A stretch of DNA of 64,000 nucleotides, taken from a virus. Lineage: Duplodnaviria; Caudoviricetes. The first letter of the stretch is position 1. Every line of letters starts with the position of its first letter. Below the pieces are notes generated by a model. It saw nothing but the letters and a program-made list of their open reading frames with translations, made no database searches and had not been told where the DNA came from. Shown here piece after piece: positions 29,727 to 40,273 of this stretch. A program made the position numbers and the translations under genes. Where the stretch lies: IMG/VR virus record IMGVR_UViG_3300036770_005357; one strand, given 5' to 3'.

Positions 29727-31397
29727 TTATCTTGTTATTTTAAATACTTTTTGTGTATCTATAATATCTACAGTATTATCACTGTAAACAATTTTTATAA
29801 ATATTGTCAAATATCTTTCTTGTGGTAATCCAGTAGTTTGCAATGCGAAATAATTTCCTAAATTTGGATCACAACTCAATTTGGTGTAATCGTTAAAATC
29901 AATTAACACTTCTTCCGATTCAGCGTCTTTAATCATATAATATGATTTAGATGGTAAATATTTCGGCGTAATATTATTCGGTTGTTGATATGCTTTATTA
30001 AATTGTTTTAATGGATATTTATCTCTTGCAAATACAAATATTCTTGGTATACTTCCAGCCTTATATTCATCTTTTAAGTATTGAATATTAATTAAATTTT
30101 GAACGGATCCTGTTAATGGAGCTAAACTACCGGTATTAAATACACTATCATCCCACGCAACATCAATATATGGACTATAGATGGTATTTGTTTCTTTGCT
30201 AAAAAACTGTAATAATCCATTAGTATTTTGAAGTGGAGGCGTACTTATTTCAAATGAACTTAATAATATCAATCCTTGATTTGGAACACAACCACATAAC
30301 CAACTTCTAACTATTGAAGTTATATCCATCTTTACATCACTTTGTTGTCCATAACCAAACGATTGACTACAAATTAAACTCGAATTAGCTAAACCACTAA
30401 AAAATGAAGAACTACAAATCCATTTTGGTTTATTAGTATATGACGCCGGTACTTTATAATACCAAGTTCCACCTTCTTTTTGAAAACTTGCTGACGAATA
30501 GGATGCTGTTAAAAGATAATCAACTTGTTGATAACTAGCTGTTGAATTATACTTGTACCAATAATTGTTATCTAAATAATTTGTATAATTCCAGCTGGAA
30601 CCATAATCGGATCCATCGTCGGCATATCTACCATTGCCATTATTCCAACTTTGACTGATAGGATATGCATATAATTTATAGTTTAATGGTAAATTTCTAG
30701 CGCCACATGCTTTTAAATTTAAAATAAATTTAATATTTGAACTACTAATTTCGTTTTTTGAAATTGATTCACTCAAAGAATTCAAATCAAATTTGATTAA
30801 CGTTCTACTGAATTCCGGTCTGATTAAATAATCAGCAGTTGTAGGTCTGGTAAATGAACCTGTATAAATTCCTTTAAAATATCCAACAAAATTAACTACA
30901 TCTACATAATAAGAATTACTTGATGTAACCGTGTTTATAATACCACCCCAACCACTTGAACTTATAAAGCTACCACTGTAGGACGATGTATAACATTGTG
31001 AACTTACAACACTGCCAGAAAATGATCCTGATGCATAATCGGCAGATCCTGATAAATAAAGAGCAATTTTTGTATTTGTTGGTTTATTTTTTAATCTTCC
31101 AGTAAAATTGGCTATAAATGAAGTACCTGGTACAACCGAAGAAGTTAATCCAAATGATCTCCATTTACTTCCTGAATAAATAAAAATGGACGAAGTTGAG
31201 TACGCCAACCAACCTTCATTTCCATAAGAAGATGTATTGGCTGGAACAGGATGCCAATAATTATTTAAAAAAGTAGTTTTACTTCCTAAATTTGAAGCGT
31301 AAATTTCCAAAACTTCATCTAAACCAAAATTTTTATCGATAAATTTTGAAGAATTATTTATGTAAGTATCTTGTGATGGATAAATAAATGTATGCAT
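29727..31397 (-). CDS. virion protein with DNRLRE-like domain
   Basis: IYPSQDTYI, DEVLEI, SRTLIKFDL, AYPISQSWNNG, MDITSIVRSW, FFSKETNT...PYI. Confidence 0.7.
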   Translation of the reverse strand: MHTFIYPSQDTYINNSSKFIDKNFGLDEVLEIYASNLGSKTTFLNNYWHPVPANTSSYGNEGWLAYSTSSIFIYSGSKWRSFGLTSSVVPGTSFIANFTGRLKNKPTNTKIALYLSGSADYASGSFSGSVVSSQCYTSSYSGSFISSSGWGGIINTVTSSNSYYVDVVNFVGYFKGIYTGSFTRPTTADYLIRPEFSRTLIKFDLNSLSESISKNEISSSNIKFILNLKACGARNLPLNYKLYAYPISQSWNNGNGRYADDGSDYGSSWNYTNYLDNNYWYKYNSTASYQQVDYLLTASYSSASFQKEGGTWYYKVPASYTNKPKWICSSSFFSGLANSSLICSQSFGYGQQSDVKMDITSIVRSWLCGCVPNQGLILLSSFEISTPPLQNTNGLLQFFSKETNTIYSPYIDVAWDDSVFNTGSLAPLTGSVQNLINIQYLKDEYKAGSIPRIFVFARDKYPLKQFNKAYQQPNNITPKYLPSKSYYMIKDAESEEVLIDFNDYTKLSCDPNLGNYFALQTTGLPQERYLTIFIKIVYSDNTVDIIDTQKVFKITR

Positions 31398-31398
31398 A

Positions 31399-33384
31399 TT
31401 AAACTACAAGGCCTTTTATATCACTCGTTGGAAATTTGACTTCAAATACAGCTGGATCTTTTGAAGGATAAATAATATTATTTTGGGTTGCGATACTCAA
31501 ATTATATGCTATTGGTGAATAATCCCCGTCGTCTACAGTTAAATTTTTAACTTTAATTTCAATAACGGATTGTACACCTTCATTTTTCATAACTTCAAAT
31601 GTTAATTGACTTAAATTAATTGGTTGATTAAAAGATAAATTATCAATGTTTAAAAAGTTTTGAATAGTTTGAATACATGCGTTTAAAACATCTCTTTTAT
31701 TAAATCCTTGAAAAACTGTTATTTTAAAATCAATGCCGATGTTTATTATATAACCATCTAAAATATTAATTTTATCAGTTATAATTTTAAAATTATTTAA
31801 ATAATTGATCAAATTTTGTAGTGTAGCTGGATTAATCTTAGTTAGTTTTTTATTGTTGTCGTATCCCAACACATACAAATTATTAGTAAATGGATTGTTT
31901 GATTGTAAAAATTTTTGTCGATCTAAGGGATTTAAGGGTGATAAATCGAGAGTTTCGTTATTACTATTATTTACCAATCCTCTGATTAAACCGTTATATT
32001 GAATTTGACGAGTTGCATTACTTTCTACATAAGCTTTTGCAATACTACCTAAATAATTTGGAAGAGAATATACGCGGAGTAAATAATCTTCCTCGGTCAA
32101 CATTCGATTTTGTGCAGAAAAATTTAATATTGAATTTTGTCTTATTTGTTCATTTGTATCTGCGTCTCCACCACCCGTTGATGAATTTGGATTGGAAACT
32201 CTTAATGAATTTTTTAAATTATTTAATAATATAATTTCACTATCTGTTAACGATGTAGAATCATTTAAATAACTAGTAAAAGCGATTTTAGTAATTTCTT
32301 CGGAATTGACATTTGATTGAACACCACCGCCCACTACATAGGTTATCGTTAATGTTGTATTGGATGGACTTACACCGTATGAGTTGCTTTTTAAAACATT
32401 AGTTCCATCTAAACTTATATTTAAATTATTTAAATTGGATAGAGCTACACCAACATTTGATGGATTCGGTATTACAATTGTATTTTGAAAATTTTCTGTA
32501 TTCGCTCCAAATTGTAAATAAGTAAAATTATTCTGGTCAATTGTTGTAATAAATCTATTTTCCGTACGCAAATATTTTAAAATTTTAGGAGTATCACCTC
32601 TGTACTTAGAAAGCGTTTGATTTGTTAATGGAACATTATCAATAACTATTGGTATTGTATCTTGTGCTAAATACTGTGCTTCGTAGTAATTATTATTATT
32701 TGAGTCAACTACACTTATTATTTTAACAATATTAGTTTCATCCAATTTTAATTTCAAGAACGATTGTGGATCGCCAACTGAAATTTGTTTTACTACAACT
32801 CGTCCGGAGTAAGCCTTTACTGTTTTTTTCAACAAGTAAAAAAGTGGAGCTCCGGTATTGTCTCTACTATAAACACTTATTTCACGTGGGGAAAACGATG
32901 TGTCTTGGCTAAAATCAACACCGTCTTCAATCAGAAAGTATATACCACTTACACTGGATAATTGAGTATATGGTGCCAATATCAAACAGTATCTGTCATC
33001 TGGAACATATTCACCGTCTACAGATGAAGTTCTAGTAGATGGTATCAATTGATATAAATCTACATCTACGCTTGAAACGGAAGATACTTTGGGTTTATAA
33101 CCCAAAGTTTGTGCTAAATTTATTAAATTCTTTCTTTCACTCGCAAATTGTATGAAACTTTCTTTGAACTGATAATCGGTATAATAAGAAAGTACATCGC
33201 CTACGAATGAAGCTTGTTCAATGAATATCTGTCCAGGAGAACTTTCACTGAAATCTTTATAACTTTGTGGATAGTATTGTTTTGTGAAATCAATTAGTTG
33301 TTGCTTTAACGATGTAAAATCACGATTTAAATACAAAACATCTTTTGTATTTGCTTTAAAAGTTTTATTAACTAATTGATTCAT
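31399..33384 (-). CDS. baseplate wedge subunit (gp6 / baseplate J-like)
   Basis: YLNRDFTSLKQQL, DFSESSPGQIFIE, GDVLSYY, STGGGDADT, FSAQNRMLTEEDY. Confidence 0.92.
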   Translation of the reverse strand: MNQLVNKTFKANTKDVLYLNRDFTSLKQQLIDFTKQYYPQSYKDFSESSPGQIFIEQASFVGDVLSYYTDYQFKESFIQFASERKNLINLAQTLGYKPKVSSVSSVDVDLYQLIPSTRTSSVDGEYVPDDRYCLILAPYTQLSSVSGIYFLIEDGVDFSQDTSFSPREISVYSRDNTGAPLFYLLKKTVKAYSGRVVVKQISVGDPQSFLKLKLDETNIVKIISVVDSNNNNYYEAQYLAQDTIPIVIDNVPLTNQTLSKYRGDTPKILKYLRTENRFITTIDQNNFTYLQFGANTENFQNTIVIPNPSNVGVALSNLNNLNISLDGTNVLKSNSYGVSPSNTTLTITYVVGGGVQSNVNSEEITKIAFTSYLNDSTSLTDSEIILLNNLKNSLRVSNPNSSTGGGDADTNEQIRQNSILNFSAQNRMLTEEDYLLRVYSLPNYLGSIAKAYVESNATRQIQYNGLIRGLVNNSNNETLDLSPLNPLDRQKFLQSNNPFTNNLYVLGYDNNKKLTKINPATLQNLINYLNNFKIITDKINILDGYIINIGIDFKITVFQGFNKRDVLNACIQTIQNFLNIDNLSFNQPINLSQLTFEVMKNEGVQSVIEIKVKNLTVDDGDYSPIAYNLSIATQNNIIYPSKDPAVFEVKFPTSDIKGLVV

Positions 33385-33785
33385 TATAAGTTATTATTTG
33401 TGATTGTTACTTCAGTTTTACTTAATAGATCTCTATAAGTGAACTCTACACTTATAAATATTTTGGTTTGATCATTATTATTGATTTGATTATCTGTTAA
33501 TTTTACCTTTACATCCGTAACAATTACACCGTTCATGAATTTATCTAAATCGTTTTGAATTAAATTTATCAAAATATCTTTAGATTCGTCTAATTCATTC
33601 TGTTCAAATAAAAATTTATATAAAGATGACCCGAAACTATTATTAAACCTTCTTTCACCCGGCTTAGTCAACAATAAGTTACGAATATTACTTGATACTT
33701 GTGAAATTGTATCTGTATTCGTTTCAAAATAACCATCATTACCTAATCTGAATGGTATTTTAAGACCTATTGCTTTCTTAGCCAT
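33384..33785 (-). CDS. baseplate wedge protein (gp25/GPW-like)
   Basis: IGLKIPF, NIRNLLLTKPGERRFNNSFGSSLYKFLFE. Confidence 0.92.
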   Translation of the reverse strand: MAKKAIGLKIPFRLGNDGYFETNTDTISQVSSNIRNLLLTKPGERRFNNSFGSSLYKFLFEQNELDESKDILINLIQNDLDKFMNGVIVTDVKVKLTDNQINNNDQTKIFISVEFTYRDLLSKTEVTITNNNL

Positions 33786-33787
33786 TT

Positions 33788-34246
33788 TTAACCTTTATTT
33801 CTCTTCTTATCTACAGCTTTCATTAAAGATCTATAATCTTTATTCATAGCTTGATATACGGTTTTAACTTCTTTTGGAGCGTTTTCCGGTGCCTTAATCT
33901 CATTTATTTGTTCTCGTCCAACTGTACCGCCAAATCCATCTCCTATTAGACCAACCATTTCACCTTCTCTCGGTATACCGCCTTGAGTTTCATTTAATAT
34001 TTCGTTCAAAACCGGATTGGAGGTGTATTTCACAGTTTTTTTAGGTACCGGTTGTTTAATAGGTTCGGGTTCGGCCTCTAAAAGTGAAGATAAACTCATG
34101 GATTCGTCTTTTTTAGATTCTACAACATTGGAATTGTTACCTAATAATATCTCGGTTAATTGATATTTTAATTCTTCTCTAAGAATTGAACGAATTTCTT
34201 GTTGTACAGTCTTTTTGATGTATTCTTTTAAAGCTTCAATTTTCAT
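33788..34246 (-). CDS. hypothetical protein
   Basis: 152 aa; helical N-terminus ending ILREEL. Confidence 0.75.
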   Translation of the reverse strand: MKIEALKEYIKKTVQQEIRSILREELKYQLTEILLGNNSNVVESKKDESMSLSSLLEAEPEPIKQPVPKKTVKYTSNPVLNEILNETQGGIPREGEMVGLIGDGFGGTVGREQINEIKAPENAPKEVKTVYQAMNKDYRSLMKAVDKKRNKG

Positions 34247-34260
34247 ATTATATATAATTA

Positions 34261-35778
34261 TTAAAAAGTAGGCGTTTTAGGTAAATTTAATAATGTTTCA
34301 GCACCTTTAGTACTATTCGGACGAGGTATTTTAACAGTTTTAATACGAGGTGTATTGGGTGGTTTTGGTATTTTAGGTTTAGGCATTGTTGATTTTATAC
34401 CGTTTAATTTGGCAGCTGCTGCTCCTAGTGTTGCACCACCAACTCCGGCACCTACAATAGTAGCAGTGTTTCCACCGGCAATTGACGCAATACCAGCACC
34501 TAAACCAGCTCCTGCTAAAGCACCGCCTGTGACTCCACCTATTGCCAATCCGGTACCGGCGACAGCACCACCTATTCCGCCTGCTAATGCACCTGTACCT
34601 CCACCGGTCAAAGATCCTATTCCAGCACCTAAAGCACCACCAGCCACTGCTCCCGTTAAACCTTTTGCGAGTGTAGAGGTTGAACCTATCACACCCGTTT
34701 TGGGATCTACATATTTTGTATTACCGGCTATAGATGATGGTTGAAATTTATCGGGAGTCCAATCATTCCCTAATCCGTCAACTTTTATAGCAGGACCAAC
34801 TTGCGGAGTTAAATTATTTATAGCACCTTGTGCTTGACCTGTAACTGATGAAACTGCACCTTGTGCTTGATTTGTTAAAGATGTAGCTTGTGTTTGAGCT
34901 TGTCCTACTGCATCTGTAGCAGATGTTGCTGTAAGACTTTTTACTTCTTGAGATGGCAATTTAATATTTGGATTATCAACAGTAGGAGCTTTATTAGTTA
35001 CTCCGGATATGGTTTGCGTAGGTGGTCCTGGCAATGCTGGATCCGGATCTGGTAAAAAACAACTCGGCACATCTTCTTTTTTCCAAATACCACTTTGAAC
35101 ATTTTTTTTCACCTCATCTATATGTTCATTTATGAAATCTTTTCCAAACTGTTCACCTTCTGTAAGAAGAGATTCCCAGTTTGATTTATTAACATTGTTT
35201 GGATAAAATGTTTGAATTTTAAAATACAAGGTGAAAAACTGATCACTTAAAGTTTCTAAAACTTTTTCTCCACTTCCATATTTTAATTTTCCGATTTGAT
35301 ATAAACAATCCAATTTATCTCGCACAGTTCTTTTAAAGATATCAGTTTCTTCTATATCTATGTAAAAATTTGAATATGTACCACCTGTAGAATCAATATA
35401 ATTATCTTGTATATATAAATTATTAAAAGTTATAACCCGTGAAACCGTTCCTATTTTTCTAATTATGTCTTTTGAATCGCCATAAACGAGTTTAAAAGAA
35501 TTATCATTTATTTTTGTTGCTATGCCTTTTGCTACAGATTCGTTTACTGAATTCTTTAAACTAGTTGAATAATCATTCCACGAAGATAAATTGGGTTTGT
35601 CAGAAAATGTAATTTTTTTAACTTTAGTAAAATATTGCCATAATCGTTGAGATGATTGGTATTTATATTTTTTATATAAAATAAAATAAGTATATACAAA
35701 CTTGTCAGAAAGAATTTCGGTCGTTTTACCTGTGTCAGGCTGTAAATTTCCAAATATGTCTACTAATTGTAATGCCAT
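34261..35778 (-). CDS. hypothetical protein with C-terminal glycine-zipper hydrophobic region
   Basis: About 85-aa GAVAGGALGAGIG-type tract followed by a Pro/Lys-rich tail. Confidence 0.75.
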   Translation of the reverse strand: MALQLVDIFGNLQPDTGKTTEILSDKFVYTYFILYKKYKYQSSQRLWQYFTKVKKITFSDKPNLSSWNDYSTSLKNSVNESVAKGIATKINDNSFKLVYGDSKDIIRKIGTVSRVITFNNLYIQDNYIDSTGGTYSNFYIDIEETDIFKRTVRDKLDCLYQIGKLKYGSGEKVLETLSDQFFTLYFKIQTFYPNNVNKSNWESLLTEGEQFGKDFINEHIDEVKKNVQSGIWKKEDVPSCFLPDPDPALPGPPTQTISGVTNKAPTVDNPNIKLPSQEVKSLTATSATDAVGQAQTQATSLTNQAQGAVSSVTGQAQGAINNLTPQVGPAIKVDGLGNDWTPDKFQPSSIAGNTKYVDPKTGVIGSTSTLAKGLTGAVAGGALGAGIGSLTGGGTGALAGGIGGAVAGTGLAIGGVTGGALAGAGLGAGIASIAGGNTATIVGAGVGGATLGAAAAKLNGIKSTMPKPKIPKPPNTPRIKTVKIPRPNSTKGAETLLNLPKTPTF

Positions 35779-35781
35779 ATA

Positions 35782-37455
35782 TTAATCCTCAAATTCAAAT
35801 TCAATTTGTACAGGCCCTTCACGACGATTTCTACCCTTGAAATCGCCGACAACACCTGCGCCGGTAACCGTATTGATTTCAACTGGATCTTTACAATCAC
35901 CTTCACTTCCAATAGGTTTAATACCGTTACTACCTGGCGCGTAACCACCGCCCGTTAAATAAACTCGTCTGCTAAGTGTTTTATGAAGATTGTCTCTTAA
36001 CAATTTTAATGTGATTTGTTGTACAGGTATTTGTGTTTGATCTGGTACGGCATCTATTGTATTAGCTGGTCCTTCGCCACCTGCGTCTGGATGGCTATGT
36101 GGATATGGATGTACATGGTGATACCAATGTACATGATCTAATAACCAATTACATAAATCGTATAACCAATCAACCGTGGTTTGACCTAATAAAGCTGGTT
36201 CGTTAGTTTCACCATACTGACCTAAAAATATTTGTGGCGAATTTAAACAAGTTAGATTGTTAGTGGTTAATACGATTTGATCATTCGCGTCCACAGTATA
36301 TTCACTATCAGTCGTAACAGCATATCTTTTTTTACTGAAATGCATGGTTTCAGCGAGTCTGCTTTGCATTATTATTCTGTCTGTATTAACTACAATCTGG
36401 TCTCCGTTAAGCGTTGGAAAAGTAAAAATAGTAGAACCTTTCGGATTGAATTTTGTTTGTTCCTCCGTCGGTTCGCTTGTTTTATTAATACCGAATATAG
36501 ATTTATAAACCGAAGTAACCCATTTACTGGTTGTATTTCCACTTGTTATTGCTATAGTTGATCCGTCATTATTAATATCTTCTTCTATTTGTCCACCATA
36601 ATTTTTTTCTTTATCCGTTATTTTGGGTATTTTAGGTAACTTTCTGTGTATTCCAGGCGTTACATTATCCTTTGCTATATTTCTTTGACGATTACGAATT
36701 ATAATCATCGGATTACCATAACCACCGCCTTTTGAATCGGTCAAATTAGCATTCAGTGCATACGATAAATACCAATTATTTTTGTCGTTACCTCTGTTAT
36801 CATCGTAAGCACCCATTTTTATAGATTGACCAAATCTACTTTCAATTATAGTATCACCTTCGTATCTTACGATATTGCGTATATTATTATTTAATATAAA
36901 ATAATCTCCGGCGAAACCTACATTATTATATTTTGAATATATGGGAGCAGATGTATAAGTTTGTCTTGTACTATCGTAATAAAACGGTACCGCCGATTTA
37001 CCATCTTCACTATGTACAGTTTCTACACTATAATCAATGTTGTTTGGAAAATTAAATCTATTAAATGGTTTTGAATAATAGTAAGTATCTCCTATTTTTT
37101 GCACCACCACCAATTCATTAACTAATGGATATTGTGATATAGTTTGATCCAATGGTATTGCCCATGGCAATTTTTCTTTTGGAGTCTTTTTTTCTTGAGA
37201 TAAAATACGAACTTTTGCTCTTCCAACATAAGAATAATCTACATCCTTAACATTTGCAGGAACTCCATTATAATTCAATGGTAAATGTTGTGGGTTTACA
37301 AGGGGTTTTGATTGATCTTGTAATTTGATATGATTTTCGGTTGATATAACATCAACCACTACTGCTAAATTTAAAGGTATTAAATGAGTTTGACCAAGAT
37401 TACTATCCTTTAAATTAGCATTTTTAACTGTTTTTGATATATCGGTTGAAACCAT
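35782..37455 (-). CDS. baseplate central spike/hub (gp5/VgrG-like) with His-rich tip
   Basis: VGRAKVRIL...LPWAIPL N-terminal fold, EGDTIIESRFGQSIK, GDQIVVNTDRI, and HVHWYHHVHPYPHSH. Confidence 0.75.
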   Translation of the reverse strand: MVSTDISKTVKNANLKDSNLGQTHLIPLNLAVVVDVISTENHIKLQDQSKPLVNPQHLPLNYNGVPANVKDVDYSYVGRAKVRILSQEKKTPKEKLPWAIPLDQTISQYPLVNELVVVQKIGDTYYYSKPFNRFNFPNNIDYSVETVHSEDGKSAVPFYYDSTRQTYTSAPIYSKYNNVGFAGDYFILNNNIRNIVRYEGDTIIESRFGQSIKMGAYDDNRGNDKNNWYLSYALNANLTDSKGGGYGNPMIIIRNRQRNIAKDNVTPGIHRKLPKIPKITDKEKNYGGQIEEDINNDGSTIAITSGNTTSKWVTSVYKSIFGINKTSEPTEEQTKFNPKGSTIFTFPTLNGDQIVVNTDRIIMQSRLAETMHFSKKRYAVTTDSEYTVDANDQIVLTTNNLTCLNSPQIFLGQYGETNEPALLGQTTVDWLYDLCNWLLDHVHWYHHVHPYPHSHPDAGGEGPANTIDAVPDQTQIPVQQITLKLLRDNLHKTLSRRVYLTGGGYAPGSNGIKPIGSEGDCKDPVEINTVTGAGVVGDFKGRNRREGPVQIEFEFED

Positions 37456-37458
37456 AGA

Positions 37459-37800
37459 TTATTGACCTTTACTAATAGTTATTACTTCATCCATAAGTTG
37501 TTTTCTATCTTCCTCACTTAGAATCATACTATTGCCTTCACCGGTTTCTTGTCCTTTAGCTACTAATCTTTGTACCACAGCTGCTAATTTAATCAACTGT
37601 TCATCATTTTTAACACCCACATCGTAATAATCTTTAATAAGCGGAACAATAATAACGGCGTCATTGACTGTTTTAATTAATGTTCTTAATTCCGATATTA
37701 AAACATCAATTTGATCCTTCTTATTTTCAGAATTTTTAACTATGTCTTTACAAAGACTTGAAAAGTTTTTACCTTTATAAATTTCAAAATTTAAATCCAT
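37459..37800 (-). CDS. hypothetical protein
   Basis: 113-aa ORF with upstream TATTTAT motif. Confidence 0.8.
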   Translation of the reverse strand: MDLNFEIYKGKNFSSLCKDIVKNSENKKDQIDVLISELRTLIKTVNDAVIIVPLIKDYYDVGVKNDEQLIKLAAVVQRLVAKGQETGEGNSMILSEEDRKQLMDEVITISKGQ

Positions 37801-37817
37801 ATATCAATAAATAGAAA

Positions 37818-37838
37818 AACCACTCAAATTGAGTGGTT
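37818..37838 (-). terminator. intrinsic terminator
   Basis: AACCACTCA-AAT-TGAGTGGTT, followed by a T-run on the minus strand. Confidence 0.7.
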
Positions 37839-37843
37839 TATTG

Positions 37844-38848
37844 TTAAACTATTCCGTTTTTAATATAATTTTGAACTATAACATTTTGATAACTTTTCAT
37901 CTTGTTTATAACCTTAGTTATCTGTTGAGTTTTACAGTTACTTAGTTCTCTGATGTACAAATATAATGTCTTTTTATTAAAATTTTCAATTCTATCACAA
38001 TTTCTAAATAATTCAATTACTGCATATGCTATATTTAAATCTTTAACTTTTGTAAATACTTTCGTGACATTCTTTTCCCAGTAATTAACCACTAGTTTCA
38101 TAAATTCATTGGTTTGTACTTCTTTATGATGTGCATCTTCGGTTTGTAAACAAACAGAGTCTTCACTGGGAGTATCACTAATATCTACATGTTGATTAAA
38201 TCGTTTGTAATTATTATTGTTATGAAAAATAAGATAGTTCTTAGCAACTATACTAAAATAACTGAATGCTTTACCTTTACCAGCTTGAAATTTATGTATA
38301 TTTGATACCAAATGACTTACAGTTTCCTTTTGAATTTCCAGTGGACTATTATCAAAATATGTAAATTTAAATGTATTGAAGATATTTTCTACTAATTTTT
38401 CAAAACTGTGCTTTATTTTAGACTCATAAATTTCATTGCGTTTATCCATATCTTCTTGAGCATTGTACTCAACGATTGCTTCTTCCGTTTTTTTGCTAAA
38501 ATATATTTTTTCCTTTTTATTTCTACCACGCCTTTTTTTCTTAGTTGAGTCGCCATCCAGTATATCATCAAACGAATTTTTGGAATTAGATGTTTGTTCT
38601 TCCAATGAATATTCTATATTACGAGGAACTTCTACACTATGTATAGGATTTTTTTTAACTGTAACTTCTAATATAACCTTTTTCTTTTGTTTCTTCTTAA
38701 CATCAACGGATTTAACAGTCTTTAATGATTTTTTAGGATTTACTTTCTTCTTAATTATCTTGGTTATAATTTTAACTTTCTTTTGTGGTTTCTTTTTTGT
38801 TTTTTTCATCAAAATTTGTTGTGTTATCATTTGGTTGAATTCGTTCAT
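37844..38848 (-). CDS. RNA polymerase sigma-like factor (gp55-like region 2)
   Basis: IHKFQAGKGKAFSYFSIVAKNYLI resembles sigma region 2 of phage late sigma factors. Lys-rich N-terminus; the start may be 38809. Confidence 0.65.
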   Translation of the reverse strand: MNEFNQMITQQILMKKTKKKPQKKVKIITKIIKKKVNPKKSLKTVKSVDVKKKQKKKVILEVTVKKNPIHSVEVPRNIEYSLEEQTSNSKNSFDDILDGDSTKKKRRGRNKKEKIYFSKKTEEAIVEYNAQEDMDKRNEIYESKIKHSFEKLVENIFNTFKFTYFDNSPLEIQKETVSHLVSNIHKFQAGKGKAFSYFSIVAKNYLIFHNNNNYKRFNQHVDISDTPSEDSVCLQTEDAHHKEVQTNEFMKLVVNYWEKNVTKVFTKVKDLNIAYAVIELFRNCDRIENFNKKTLYLYIRELSNCKTQQITKVINKMKSYQNVIVQNYIKNGIV

Positions 38849-39089
38849 TTGTAATTTTTATGATGTTTAATAAATCAGAAAATAAAACACCAACATCATC
38901 ATCTTTTTCAAATATACGCTTTTCATCTATTAATTTCAACTTATTATAAGTTTGATTAATTAATTTTTGAAATTCGACTATCCAATCTTCTAATAAATCG
39001 GTTTGTTGAAATGATTTCTTAAGAGAAATCAGTAAAAATAGATTTACAATTAAAGAAACAAATAGTAAAATTAAAACAATTGAAATCAT
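38772..39089 (-). CDS. small membrane-anchored protein
   Basis: N-terminal hydrophobic helix MISIVLILLFVSLIVNLFLLI. Confidence 0.75.
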   Translation of the reverse strand: MISIVLILLFVSLIVNLFLLISLKKSFQQTDLLEDWIVEFQKLINQTYNKLKLIDEKRIFEKDDDVGVLFSDLLNIIKITNERIQPNDNTTNFDEKNKKETTKES

Positions 39090-39093
39090 TTTA

Positions 39094-39234
39094 TTATATA
39101 TCATCTACATTTTCTTCATCATCATCTAAATATTCAGAGATGTAATCTATTGCTTCTTGAATCATGTCCCAATCGGAGTTATTGTATCCTTTTTTGAGAA
39201 TTTTATACAAATTATTTATTTCTTGACTATCCAT
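39094..39234 (-). CDS. 46-aa acidic hypothetical protein
   Basis: Read manually: MDSQEINNLYKILKKGYNNSDWDMIQEAIDYISEYLDDDEENVDDI; fills the gap between genes. Confidence 0.65.
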   Translation of the reverse strand: MDSQEINNLYKILKKGYNNSDWDMIQEAIDYISEYLDDDEENVDDI

Positions 39235-39280
39235 ATTATATCTAAATATATTAGTTTTAAAAATAAATAACTTTTTTTAT

Positions 39281-40273
39281 TTAAAAACTAAACATTCCTC
39301 TTACACTGGGAACTCTTTTACGAGGTGCTTCTACGATCTTTTCAACTATTTTTTCAACGGGTTTTTCAACTTCTATTATCTTTTCTTTTTCAACAATCTT
39401 CTCTACAGGTTTTTCTACTACAACTTCTTTAATCACTTCTTTTGGTTGTTCTTTTTTATTTTCTTCGTACAGTTCATAATCTTTATCACTTTGTAAATCT
39501 ACTCTTTTTAATGATGTATTATATGCTAAAAGTAATACAATTGCTAATGGATCGAATACTCCTATAAGTACAATAATAAACCATTTTACTACTGTTTGTA
39601 TAGTAGTATTAAACTCTTGTGCTACAAATTTAAATGTGGTTATATCCTTTTTAGAACTATTGTCCGTTTTTAATTTAAATATTTCTTCATCTATTTTACC
39701 AACTTTTTCGCTGGAAACTTTTAATTTATCATTCTCAGTTTCCATTTGTTTATTTAAACCTTCAATTTGTTCATTTATTTGATTTTGAAGATTTTGTAAT
39801 TGTATTGGATTTCTAGCTATTAAAGCATTCGTCATGCTTTCAGATAATCTACCTTCTTGACTACCTCTTAACTTGAATAAATTATCTATAGCTTGTTTTG
39901 TAGCTTCAATTTTCTTATTTTCTTGATTCTTTTGTTCTTCTAAAGTGGTAATTTTTGTAGTAGCTAATTCAGCTTCTAGTGAAGATTTTTGAAATGCTGC
40001 TGTCAAAAATCCAAATATACCGAGGGATGTTATACAAATTAATACCAATACAGCTATAGTCATATAGGTTTTAAGTAGAATGTTAGCTTTATGCCAATTT
40101 CTAAACAACCAGCTGGTTGATACTAATTTTCCAAGTTCTAAAGATCCTGCCATGATCATAGCAGCAATAGTAGCGCCTGAAAACAATAGTCCGATACCAT
40201 AAACACTGAAATAAGCTGCACATCCTGCTATTAACATGGAAGTTACTATTACGAGATGTTCTAATTTAATCAT
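39281..40273 (-). CDS. membrane protein (3-4 TM helices + long coiled coil)
   Basis: Three N-terminal hydrophobic helices, a coiled coil, WFIIVLIGVFDPLAIVLL and EK-rich repeats. ATG at 40273 follows a TATTTAT motif. Confidence 0.8.
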   Translation of the reverse strand: MIKLEHLVIVTSMLIAGCAAYFSVYGIGLLFSGATIAAMIMAGSLELGKLVSTSWLFRNWHKANILLKTYMTIAVLVLICITSLGIFGFLTAAFQKSSLEAELATTKITTLEEQKNQENKKIEATKQAIDNLFKLRGSQEGRLSESMTNALIARNPIQLQNLQNQINEQIEGLNKQMETENDKLKVSSEKVGKIDEEIFKLKTDNSSKKDITTFKFVAQEFNTTIQTVVKWFIIVLIGVFDPLAIVLLLAYNTSLKRVDLQSDKDYELYEENKKEQPKEVIKEVVVEKPVEKIVEKEKIIEVEKPVEKIVEKIVEAPRKRVPSVRGMFSF

